Assembly (NCBI GenBank): GCA_023265105.1
Contig: JAHFUJ010000001.1
Coordinates: forward strand, 15,243-79,242
DNA: 64,000 nt
Reading direction: 5' to 3'
DNA from: Acidobacteriota bacterium
GTDB lineage: Bacteria; Acidobacteriota; Vicinamibacteria; Vicinamibacterales; CAVVIG01
Below, one piece after another: positions 26,284-34,981 of this stretch (within the stretch, counting starts at the first letter, position 1; every line of letters begins with the position of its first letter). Made by a program: the position numbers and the translations under genes. The notes under the pieces are model-generated. The model had not been told where the DNA came from and searched no databases. It saw nothing but the letters and a program-made list of their open reading frames with translations.

Positions 26284-27684
26284 ATGTCTAGGCGTGTGTC
26301 GGTGATTGGATTAGGAAAGCTTGGTGCCAGCATGGCGGCCGGAATCGCCAGCCAAGGTCACGACGTCGTCGGCGTGGACATCAATCAAGCCGCCGTTGAC
26401 GCCGTGAACCACGGTCGTGCCCCAGTCCAGGAGACCGGGCTCGACGACCTGATTGCGGCGAATCACCCAAGACTGCGCGCCACGCGAAGCCACGCCGAAG
26501 CCATTCTCAGCTCGGATATCAGCTTCGTCATCGTGCCCACGCCGAGCGACGAGCGCGGCGCGTTCAAGCTGCAGTACGCGGCGTACGCGTTCAGGGAAAT
26601 CGGACGCGCGCTCGCAGGGAAACCTGACTATCACACGGTGGTGTTGACGAGCACCGTGCTCCCGGGTGCGTCGCGATACGGGCTGCTGCCCATACTTGAA
26701 CGGTCGTCCGGAAAGCGGTGCGGCGAAGGGTTCGGTTTCTGCTACAGCCCGGAATTCGTCGCGCTCGGCAACGTCATCCGCGACTTTCTGAGTCCCGACT
26801 TCCTCCTGATCGGGGAGTACGACCGCCGCTCGGGCGACCATCTCGAAGCGCATTACCGCGACATCGTCGACAACGGCGCCAGCGCGGCCCGCATGAGCAT
26901 TGAGAACGCGGAGCTCGCGAAGATCTCCGTCAACGCGTACGTCACCACAAAGATCACGTTCGCGAACATGCTCGCGGAAATCTGCGATCGGATGCCGGGC
27001 GGCGACGTGGATGTCGTCTCGAACGCTATCGGACTCGATACGCGCATCGGAAGAAAATACCTGACGGGCGCCCTCGGCTACGGTGGTCCCTGCTTTCCGC
27101 GAGACAACGTCGCGCTCGGGTTTCTGGCGTCCGCGCTCGGAGCTCCGGCCGATTTGTCTGGCACTATCGATCGCCTCAATCGCGGGATTGCGGAGCGACT
27201 CGTCAGCCGCCTCGTCGGGACAGTCCACCCCGGCGCCACGATCGCTGCCCTGGGCCTTGCCTACAAGCCGCGCTCCCACGTCGTGGAAGAGTCGCAGGCC
27301 ATTCAAATCGTCAAGGCGCTCGTCGACCGCAAGTACCGCGTGCTGGCGTTCGACCCGCTCGCCGGCCACGAGGCCAATCAGGAGCTCGGCGGACGGGCGC
27401 TGGTGCTCGATTCGATCGAGGCGTGCCTGCAGGACGCCGAGGTCGTGCTCATCGCCACCCCCGATCCGAGCTTCGCGCAGCTGACCGCCGCAGATTTCAC
27501 TCGAGGTCACACGAGGACGGTCAGGGTGGTCGATTTCTGGCGGCATCTCGCCCCGGCGCTCCAAGGTGCACCGGGCATCGATTACATCGCCTACGGCCGC
27601 TGCGGCGTGACGCCACCGTCGGAGCCCAATCCGTTGGCCGAGCTGTGGGAAGACGCGGTGGCGGGATTCACCGAAGGAGCCTGA
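26284..27684 (+). CDS. UDP-glucose/GDP-mannose dehydrogenase family (nucleotide-sugar 6-dehydrogenase), copy 1
   Basis: ATG 26284 gives MSRRVSVIGLGKLGASMAAG (Rossmann fold). The catalytic Cys region is 'GYGGPCFPRDN', and 'GLAYKP' is also present. Confidence 0.85.
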   Translation: MSRRVSVIGLGKLGASMAAGIASQGHDVVGVDINQAAVDAVNHGRAPVQETGLDDLIAANHPRLRATRSHAEAILSSDISFVIVPTPSDERGAFKLQYAAYAFREIGRALAGKPDYHTVVLTSTVLPGASRYGLLPILERSSGKRCGEGFGFCYSPEFVALGNVIRDFLSPDFLLIGEYDRRSGDHLEAHYRDIVDNGASAARMSIENAELAKISVNAYVTTKITFANMLAEICDRMPGGDVDVVSNAIGLDTRIGRKYLTGALGYGGPCFPRDNVALGFLASALGAPADLSGTIDRLNRGIAERLVSRLVGTVHPGATIAALGLAYKPRSHVVEESQAIQIVKALVDRKYRVLAFDPLAGHEANQELGGRALVLDSIEACLQDAEVVLIATPDPSFAQLTAADFTRGHTRTVRVVDFWRHLAPALQGAPGIDYIAYGRCGVTPPSEPNPLAELWEDAVAGFTEGA

Positions 27685-27691
27685 GGACATC

Positions 27692-28531
27692 ATGAGCGAT
27701 GGCCCATTCGTCGACGTGCCAATCTCGGCAGTCGAGGCGTTCTGGAACGCGTCTCCCTGCAACATACACAATTCGCCGTATCCGGTCGGCTCCCGCGAGT
27801 ATTTCGACGATCTGGAACGGCGCAAGTATTTCGTCGAGCCGCACATCCCGTCGTTCGCCGACTTCGATCGGTGGAAGGGCAAGCGCGTGCTCGAAATCGG
27901 CTGTGGCGTCGGGACGACGACCATCAGCTTCGCCCGGGCTGGCGCCGACGTCACCGCCGTGGAGCTCTCTACCGAATCGGCCGCGGTGACTCGTCGGCGA
28001 GCACAATTGTTCGAACTGGACCATCGGGTAGAGGTGCATGTCGGCAACGCCGAACAACTGTCGTCCTTCGTGCCAGTCGATACGTATGATCTCGTTTACT
28101 CGTTCGGTGTGATCCACCACTCGCCGCATCCCGACCGGATCGTGAACGAAGCCCGAAAGTACATGGATACGCGAAGCGAGCTGCGGCTCATGGTGTACAG
28201 CCGCGTCAGCTACAAGTTGTTCTGGATCATGAGACAGGAAAACGTCTGGGACATGAATCGAATCGATGAGCTGGTCGCGAAGAACTCCGAAGCTCAAAGC
28301 GGCTGCCCGGTGACCTACACATACACGCCGGACAGCATCAGGAAGCTGCTGAAACACTTCCGAGTCCTGGACATCTCGAAAGCTCACATTTTCACCTGGG
28401 ACGTCGGGGCATATCGGCAGCATGAGTACAAGAAGGATCCGGCGTGGGCCCACGTCAGCGATGAGGAGCTTGCAAGTCTCGAGAAGGAACTGGGCTGGCA
28501 CACGCTGGTTCGCGCGGTGTTGACCGAATGA
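27692..28531 (+). CDS. Class I SAM-dependent methyltransferase
   Basis: 'VLEIGCGVGTTTISFARAGADVTAVELS' and 'YDLVYSFGVIHHSPHP'. Confidence 0.8.
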   Translation: MSDGPFVDVPISAVEAFWNASPCNIHNSPYPVGSREYFDDLERRKYFVEPHIPSFADFDRWKGKRVLEIGCGVGTTTISFARAGADVTAVELSTESAAVTRRRAQLFELDHRVEVHVGNAEQLSSFVPVDTYDLVYSFGVIHHSPHPDRIVNEARKYMDTRSELRLMVYSRVSYKLFWIMRQENVWDMNRIDELVAKNSEAQSGCPVTYTYTPDSIRKLLKHFRVLDISKAHIFTWDVGAYRQHEYKKDPAWAHVSDEELASLEKELGWHTLVRAVLTE

Positions 28532-29646
28532 ATCCAATGAGCACCATCACGACGACGATTCCGTTGGTCGAGCCGTGGTTTCCCCCGGCGTACGCCGACG
28601 CCGTGCGCGATCAGGTGTTGTCCGGCTTCATCGGCCCGGGGCGAGCAACGCAAGAGTTCGCCGCAGCACTCGCGCTGTTTGTCGGTGCCGAGAGAGCCGT
28701 GGCGACGGTCAGTGGGACCGTCGCACTTACTGCGGCCGCGAAGGCGCTTCGTCTCGAGCCTGGCGATGAGATCTTGGTCCCGGCCTACGGCGTCATCTCG
28801 ACGATCAACGGGTTCGCTTCCGCCGGGCTGAGGCCGCGGCTGGTTGACATCGACGCGAAGACCGGCTGCCTTTCACCGGATGGCGTCGCCGAGGCGATCA
28901 CCGAACGCACTCGAGCCGTGTGCTTCGTGAACTTTTCCGGATACACGGGCGACAACCTGACCGAGATCGTCACGCTGTGTGCCGACCGTCGGCTGCATCT
29001 GGTCGAAGATGCCGCCTGCGCCCTTGGTCATCGGCATGCCGATCGGGCTGCCGGAACGTTCGGGACCGTCGGCACGTTTTCGTTCAGCGTACCAAAGGTC
29101 TTGACGACGGGCCAAGGTGGTGCCGTGGTCGCGCGCGATCCCGTCGTACTCGATCGGGCCGCCGCGTACATCGATCACGGTGACCTGGAATGGCGACGGA
29201 CGAACATCAACCGTGCGATCGGGACGAACCTGCGATTTACGGATCTCCAGGCCTCCCTCGGGTTGTGTCAGCTGCACGACATCGATGCGCGCCTCGAGCG
29301 GCGCCGCCGCTCGCACGCCGCGCTCCGCGTGCGTCTCGGCTCGCGCCTGTATGCCGTGCCCGGCACCGAGGCACCGCTACACAACATCGTGTTCACGAGC
29401 GCGCCTGACGCGCTGGTCTCGGCCCTGAAGGCCCGCGGCGTGACAGCGGTTCGTCAGTACCGTACGATCTCGCAGCATCCGGCGTATAGGGAGCTGGCGG
29501 ACCGTCCGTTTCCCGCCGCCGATTGCTGGACCGACCGCGCGGTGTACCTCCCCTTCGGCATGGCGATGACGCCCGACGATGCCGCGAGGGTTGCGGACGC
29601 GATTCGCGATGCGGACGTGCCACTGGAAGAACTGGGATCCGCCTGA
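28528..29646 (+). CDS. DegT/DnrJ/EryC1/StrS family PLP-dependent sugar aminotransferase (WbpE/WlbC candidate)
   Basis: 'VSGTVALTAAAKAL', 'LVEDAACALG' and 'FSFSVPKVLTTGQGG' (putative PLP lysine). The ATG overlaps the upstream stop (ATGA). Confidence 0.85.
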   Translation: MNPMSTITTTIPLVEPWFPPAYADAVRDQVLSGFIGPGRATQEFAAALALFVGAERAVATVSGTVALTAAAKALRLEPGDEILVPAYGVISTINGFASAGLRPRLVDIDAKTGCLSPDGVAEAITERTRAVCFVNFSGYTGDNLTEIVTLCADRRLHLVEDAACALGHRHADRAAGTFGTVGTFSFSVPKVLTTGQGGAVVARDPVVLDRAAAYIDHGDLEWRRTNINRAIGTNLRFTDLQASLGLCQLHDIDARLERRRRSHAALRVRLGSRLYAVPGTEAPLHNIVFTSAPDALVSALKARGVTAVRQYRTISQHPAYRELADRPFPAADCWTDRAVYLPFGMAMTPDDAARVADAIRDADVPLEELGSA

Positions 29647-30620
29647 TGCGGTCGGTGGTCGTGACGGGCGGCGCCGGCTATGTCGGATCGGTCATCACGT
29701 CTCAGTTGCTGTTCGGCGGGTGGGCCGTCACGGTCCTCGACACGCTGGCCGGCAGCGGCGAGTCGCTCCTGGGCTTTGCTGGCCACCAGAAATTCCGGCT
29801 CGTCGCGGCCGATGTGCGCGACGAGCGCGTCTTGCGGACCGTTTGCGCCGGCGCCTCCGCTGTCGTCCATCTGGCTGCGGTTGTCGGCGAAACCGCCTGC
29901 GCCGCGGACGAGGCGAACGCGCGATCGATCAATGAGGGAGGAACGCGAGCCGTCCTTTCCGCCGCGGATGCTGCCGGGGTACGTCGGTTCGTGATGATCA
30001 GCACGTGCAGCAACTACGGCGTGTCGAGCCCGGATGTTCTGGCGGACGAGGACGCGCCGCTTCGCCCGCTGGGAACTTACGCGGCGTCGAAGGTGTTGGC
30101 CGAGCAGATGGCGCTCGCTCATACGGGACGTTTGCTGACGTGCGGTCTCCGGCTCGGAACGATTTGCGGGCTGTCGCCGCATATGCGATTCGACCTGCTG
30201 ATCAATGACATGGCCCGTGCTGCGGTGCTCGGCGACGCGATCGACATCTTCGCGCCCGATGCGTGGCGACCCTTCCTTCACATCTGCGACGCGGCGAGGG
30301 CCGTGGAATGGGCGCTGCAGGCGCCCGAGGACGTCGTGGCGCGGCAGGTCTTCAATGTCGTCGGCGAAAACTATCAGAAGAAGCAGCTGATCGACCTGGT
30401 GAGAGCGCACTATCCGGATGCGTCGATCAGGATCACGCCTGGCGTTCCGGACGCACGCGATTACAGAGTGGCCGGGGATCGCATTCGCGAGTGCGGCGGA
30501 TTCTCGCCCGCGCACACGATTGATGCGGCGTTTACTGAGGTGGCAGAGGCGGTCCGCGCGGGCGTCTTCCGCGACCCCCGATGGGCGGGGCACTCCGCCG
30601 CGCCGGCGGTCTGGCGCTAG
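29646..30620 (+). CDS. NAD-dependent epimerase/dehydratase (SDR)
   Basis: ATG 29646 gives MRSVVVTGGAGYVGSV. The catalytic motif is 'YAASK'. The track's 29523 start overlaps the DegT gene. Confidence 0.8.
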   Translation: MRSVVVTGGAGYVGSVITSQLLFGGWAVTVLDTLAGSGESLLGFAGHQKFRLVAADVRDERVLRTVCAGASAVVHLAAVVGETACAADEANARSINEGGTRAVLSAADAAGVRRFVMISTCSNYGVSSPDVLADEDAPLRPLGTYAASKVLAEQMALAHTGRLLTCGLRLGTICGLSPHMRFDLLINDMARAAVLGDAIDIFAPDAWRPFLHICDAARAVEWALQAPEDVVARQVFNVVGENYQKKQLIDLVRAHYPDASIRITPGVPDARDYRVAGDRIRECGGFSPAHTIDAAFTEVAEAVRAGVFRDPRWAGHSAAPAVWR

Positions 30621-30651
30621 CGCCCCATCGGCGTTCGTCGGCAGGAGTCGT

Positions 30652-32013
30652 ATGGACATCTCGGTCATCGGTCTCGGGAAAGTTGGATTGAGCCTGGTCT
30701 CATGCCTGGTCGCAGCGGGCCACAAGGTGATCGGCGTCGACATCGATCTTGCGGTCGTCGAGGCTGTCAACCGGCGGGCCCTCCAGACCCAGGAGCCTGG
30801 CGTCCTGGAGCGGCTGCGACTGGCGCCGCAGGCCGCTCTGGTGGCGACCGCGGATCTCGCTCAGGCCGTCCGCGACACGGAACTGACCTTCGTGATCGTC
30901 CCGACGCCGAGCAACACGCTCGGCGGCTTTTCGCTGCGGCACGTGCTGCGCGCGTGCGACGACATCGGCGCCGGGGTGCGGGCCAAGTCCGCCGACCACA
31001 CGGTCGCGATCGTCAGCACGCTCCTGCCCGGATCGAGCGATGCGGTCGTGATACCTCGGCTCGAGCAGGCCTCGGGCCGCAAGATCGGCGCGGGCCTTCT
31101 GTACTGCTATAACCCGTCGTTCATCGCGCTCGGCGAAGTCGTCAAGGGGTTCGAGCAGCCCGACTACCTGCTGATCGGCGAAACCGATCGGCGGCCTGGC
31201 GACATCGTCCTGGCGATCCACAAGTCGATCGTCAAGGTGAACCCGCCGGTTGCGAGGATGACGCCGGTCGAAGCCGAGATCGCAAAGGTCGCGTCCAACA
31301 CGCACGAGACCATGCGCGTGTCGTTTGCCAACATGCTGCTGACCGTCTGTTCGGAGGTGCCGGGAGCGAACGTGGATCGAATCACCGACGCCCTCGCGCA
31401 CCGCATGGGTCGGCGGTTCTTCAAAGGCGCCGTTCCCTATGGGGGGCCGTGCTGGCCGCGCGACAACCAGGCGTTCTCCGCCTTCATCGACATGATTGGG
31501 GCGGTCTCGACGCTGCCCCGCGCGGTCGACACGTTCAATGACGAGCACGCCCGATTCGTGTTGCGCAAGATCCTCGAGCTGTCGTCTCCTGGCGAAACCG
31601 TCGGTCTGCTCGGCCTGGCGTACAAACCCGGGACACCCGTTGTGGAGCGAGCGTTCGCGATCGATCTCTCGCGCTGGCTGGTGCGCGAACGGCGGTGCGT
31701 CATCGGGTGGGATCCCCTGGCTATTGACGGGGCGCGGGACGTCCTCGGCGATCGGATCACGTTCGAGCCCGTTGTCGAGGACTGTCTGCGACAGTCCGAC
31801 GTGGCGGTAATCACGATCCCGCTCCGCGAGCTCCAAGGCGTGAACTGGGCCTCCGGCAGCCACCTGCGGATGGTCGATTGCTGGCGCTGTCTGCCGGCCG
31901 ACGCGGCGGCCTGTTTCGCCGAGTACGTTCCGCTAGGACGCGGCCCGTCGACGCACGTCGGGGGTTGGCTGGAGAAGACGGCCGGCGATCGCTTCCGGCT
32001 GCTGACGAGTTGA
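30652..32013 (+). CDS. UDP-glucose/GDP-mannose dehydrogenase family (nucleotide-sugar 6-dehydrogenase), copy 2
   Basis: AGGAG RBS at 30643, then ATG 30652 giving MDISVIGLGKVGLSLVSCL. 'PYGGPCWPRDN' and 'GLAYKPGT' are present. Confidence 0.85.
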   Translation: MDISVIGLGKVGLSLVSCLVAAGHKVIGVDIDLAVVEAVNRRALQTQEPGVLERLRLAPQAALVATADLAQAVRDTELTFVIVPTPSNTLGGFSLRHVLRACDDIGAGVRAKSADHTVAIVSTLLPGSSDAVVIPRLEQASGRKIGAGLLYCYNPSFIALGEVVKGFEQPDYLLIGETDRRPGDIVLAIHKSIVKVNPPVARMTPVEAEIAKVASNTHETMRVSFANMLLTVCSEVPGANVDRITDALAHRMGRRFFKGAVPYGGPCWPRDNQAFSAFIDMIGAVSTLPRAVDTFNDEHARFVLRKILELSSPGETVGLLGLAYKPGTPVVERAFAIDLSRWLVRERRCVIGWDPLAIDGARDVLGDRITFEPVVEDCLRQSDVAVITIPLRELQGVNWASGSHLRMVDCWRCLPADAAACFAEYVPLGRGPSTHVGGWLEKTAGDRFRLLTS

Positions 32014-32019
32014 TCGGGC

Positions 32020-32928
32020 GTGCAGCAACCACTGATCTCGCTGGCGCTGGCCGTCAAGAACGGACTACCCCACCTCCGGTCGGCCATCGAAGCCGTGCAG
32101 CGCCAGGGGTATCGGCGTTACGAGCTCGTCGTGCAGGACGGTGGCTCGACCGATGGGTCGCTGGACTACCTCCTGTCCGTGAGGAAGAGCATCCCGGTTT
32201 GTCGAATCGAATCGGCGCCCGACGCTGGAGTCGGGCAGGCCTACAATCGCGCGCTGGCTCGCTGCGCTGGCGAACTGGTCTGCTTCATCGCGAGCGACGA
32301 GCGGCTCGAAGACGATGCACTGGAGCGGGCGGTGGGGTGGTGGCGCCGGCACGCCGATGCCGTCTACGTCAACGGCAGCGTGCGGCTGGTCGACGGCGCG
32401 GGTGCGGTCACTCAAGTGTTCGACTCGCCGCACTTCGACCTGCTCGGACACTTGCGGTGCGAAGTCGTGCTGGCGTTTGCCGGCCTGCTCAACGCGAAGA
32501 AAATCGGAAGCGATCTGTACTACGACGAAGCGCTTCGGACCTGCCCCGACTACGACTTCTGGATACGGCTCGGCTCCAGATTTGGCCCGGAGGATTTCTT
32601 CGTGGCTCCCGAGGTGTTCAAGACGGCCCGGGCGGACCGCGCCAGTATGTCGTACCGCGCCGACCGGTTCCCGCAGTTCTGCGCCGACAAGCTGTTCGTG
32701 CTGAACCGCTTCCTCGACGCGCAGACTGCGGGCCCGCTCATCGAGGCGGTGCGCCGATCCTCGAGCGCCGGCATCCTGCTGTGGGCTGCCGAACAGGTGG
32801 CGTACCTGGAGGGGTTGTCGTCATTGTTCGTCCGGCTCTGCGAACGGGCGGCGGCATTCGATCCGTGGTCGCCACGTCTCCAAAAACTAGTGGCCGACTC
32901 TGCGCGCCGTCCCGTGCCCCGCGGTTGA
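32020..32928 (+). CDS. GT2 (GT-A fold) glycosyltransferase
   Basis: 'ISLALAVKNGLPHL', 'YELVVQDGGSTDGS' and 'FIASDERL' (DXD-like). Confidence 0.8.
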   Translation: MQQPLISLALAVKNGLPHLRSAIEAVQRQGYRRYELVVQDGGSTDGSLDYLLSVRKSIPVCRIESAPDAGVGQAYNRALARCAGELVCFIASDERLEDDALERAVGWWRRHADAVYVNGSVRLVDGAGAVTQVFDSPHFDLLGHLRCEVVLAFAGLLNAKKIGSDLYYDEALRTCPDYDFWIRLGSRFGPEDFFVAPEVFKTARADRASMSYRADRFPQFCADKLFVLNRFLDAQTAGPLIEAVRRSSSAGILLWAAEQVAYLEGLSSLFVRLCERAAAFDPWSPRLQKLVADSARRPVPRG

Positions 32929-32965
32929 TGGCGACGTTCGATACATCGATCCGAGAGTCCCCCGC

Positions 32966-34981
32966 ATGACGGAACGGTCCGAACCGTTATTGAGCATCGT
33001 GGTGGCCACGCGCAACGACGATCACGGTGGCGATCCCTTGAAGCGCCTGCAGGCGTTCGTCAACACCTTTGCCGCCCAGTGCCGCCGCTCGGGGCTCAAC
33101 GCCGAGCTCATCGTCGTCGAATGGAACCCTCCCGCCGATCGGCAGAGGGTCGGCGAGCTGCTGCGCCTGCCGCCTGATGCGCCATTGGCCGTGCATGTCG
33201 TCGAAGTGCCGCCTGAGATCCATCGGACATTCCGGCACGCGGCCGTCTTGCCCCTGTTCCAAATGATGGCGAAGAACGTGGGGATACGACGCGCGCGGGG
33301 TCGATTCGTTCTGGCCACCAACATCGACATCATCTTTTCCAGCGCGCTCGTGGAACATCTGGCGTCCGAACAGCTCGAGCCCGGCCACATGTACCGGGTG
33401 GATCGTCACGACATCCAGGCGGATTTCCCGATCGACGGCCCGCTCGAGCAGCAGATGGCGTTTTGTCAAACGCATCAGATCCGCGTACACGCACGCACCG
33501 GGACGCATCCTGTCGATCCGTTCGGCCGGCTGAGGACGCTCGAACCTGATATTGTCGGATTGGCGGGCTTTACGCTCGGCGACGGCTGGCACACGCGCGA
33601 AGGGGATAGCACATACGGGTTTTACCGATGGGCGACTGAGCAAGCGCGGTTCACGGTCGACCGAACCGCCTGGCCGAATCTGGTGCGGGGCGTGGTGCTC
33701 GACGTGGAGGTGGAACCGAACCCGTACCAGCCTGACTCCTGGACCGAGCTGGAGATCTTCGACGGCGAGCGGCGACTGGCGCACAGGCGCGTGTCGCGGC
33801 GCACTCGCCTGCGCGTCGCACTCGATGACGGCGTGGCGCGTCACGAGATCGTCATGCGAATGCTCGATTCGAGCGGCGGCCGCCTGGGGTTGCCGCTGTT
33901 TGAGAGCCGCGGGCAGTTGTGCTATCGCGTCTGGCACGTAGGCGTCGGCACGGTCCCCAGCCACGAGTACGACATGGCATTGTGGCGGCGGGCGCCGAAC
34001 GCCAGTCCGCAATTGATCGTGGAGCACACGCCGTCCGGCGTCGAGATCATGACCGATGCCGAGAAATATTCGTGCTGCGCGCAATACGGGTCGTTCGAAT
34101 CGCCGGCCGACGGCATCTACGAATTCCTTCTCGAGTACGCGCCCGTCGAAGGTCGCCTCTCTTTCAGTGTGATGGACGAAAAGCGCGGCCGCTGGCTTCC
34201 GTCGACTGTCGTCGAAATTGACCGCGACAAGATCCAGCTCCTGAGCCTCTCGGTTGAGATTCCGCACGGAACGACATTCTCGCTCTTCATCTCGAACAAT
34301 CTGCCAGACGGTGGCGTGTCCCGCTTTGTTCTTCGTCGACTCCTCGGGTCGGTGTCGCTGGAGGAGCTGCGTCAGAAGCAAGGGGCCTCGACGTTCGCGC
34401 GAGTCGTACGCCGGTTGGGCGACGTGGCTGTGAGGTTCACCGCTCCGTTCCGATGGGTGAGATCGGCGGCCTCGTCGATTGACCAGCAGCGCGAGTTGGA
34501 AGGCCGCGTCGCGGCGCTGGCGCCGCTGGCCGAGCTGGCCCCTTTTGCCCAATTGCTGAGAGAGTACAGGCCCGCTGAGCTTCATCAGAACGCCAGCGGC
34601 GATTTCCAGCTGATGGCGCGCGAGCACTGGCTCGCGCTCAGAGGCTATCCCGAGCTCGAGATGTTCTCGATGAGCCTCGACGGACTGCTCGAGGCGCTCG
34701 CTCACTCCGCCGGGATCCGCGAGCAGGTCTTCGAGATGCCCCTCTGTATCTATCATCTCGAGCACGAGAAGGGATCGGGCTGGACCCCGGAAGGCGAGGC
34801 GCAGCTCAGGAAGCGGATCGCCGAAAGCGGCATCACGTGGCTGGACGCGAGCACGGTGCACATCTTGGCGACCTATATGCAGTGGCTCCAACGCCCCATG
34901 ATCTTCAACGGATCAGATTGGGGTCTGGGCGACGTGACCCTGCCGGAAACGACACTCCAGCCGGTCACCGACAACGTGTGA
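32966..34981 (+). CDS. GT-A-like glycosyltransferase split by a ~400-aa beta-rich insert, paralog A
   Basis: N-terminal half: 'LLSIVVATRNDDHGGD', 'AKNVGIRRARGRFVLATNIDIIF'. The C-terminal half resumes at ~aa 539 with 'NASGDFQLMAREHWLALRGYPE'. Confidence 0.65.
   Translation: MTERSEPLLSIVVATRNDDHGGDPLKRLQAFVNTFAAQCRRSGLNAELIVVEWNPPADRQRVGELLRLPPDAPLAVHVVEVPPEIHRTFRHAAVLPLFQMMAKNVGIRRARGRFVLATNIDIIFSSALVEHLASEQLEPGHMYRVDRHDIQADFPIDGPLEQQMAFCQTHQIRVHARTGTHPVDPFGRLRTLEPDIVGLAGFTLGDGWHTREGDSTYGFYRWATEQARFTVDRTAWPNLVRGVVLDVEVEPNPYQPDSWTELEIFDGERRLAHRRVSRRTRLRVALDDGVARHEIVMRMLDSSGGRLGLPLFESRGQLCYRVWHVGVGTVPSHEYDMALWRRAPNASPQLIVEHTPSGVEIMTDAEKYSCCAQYGSFESPADGIYEFLLEYAPVEGRLSFSVMDEKRGRWLPSTVVEIDRDKIQLLSLSVEIPHGTTFSLFISNNLPDGGVSRFVLRRLLGSVSLEELRQKQGASTFARVVRRLGDVAVRFTAPFRWVRSAASSIDQQRELEGRVAALAPLAELAPFAQLLREYRPAELHQNASGDFQLMAREHWLALRGYPELEMFSMSLDGLLEALAHSAGIREQVFEMPLCIYHLEHEKGSGWTPEGEAQLRKRIAESGITWLDASTVHILATYMQWLQRPMIFNGSDWGLGDVTLPETTLQPVTDNV

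Noticed and set aside
26311..28047. A 578-aa minus-strand ORF. Similar cases are 6274..7869, 23953..25269, 29454..30770, 30700..31863, 32987..34891, 36289..37638, 40571..42043, 42478..43677 and 44345..45487.
   Set aside because: All are antisense to + strand genes that carry diagnostic catalytic motifs. Their compositions are typical high-GC shadow frames, with no motif support.
31878..32969. A 363-aa + strand ORF, extremely Arg/Gly/Ala-rich, overlapping the end of the dehydrogenase gene and all of GT2 32020..32928 in another frame.
   Set aside because: It is an out-of-frame overlap with two well-supported genes and has low-complexity composition. I treat it as an off-frame artefact.
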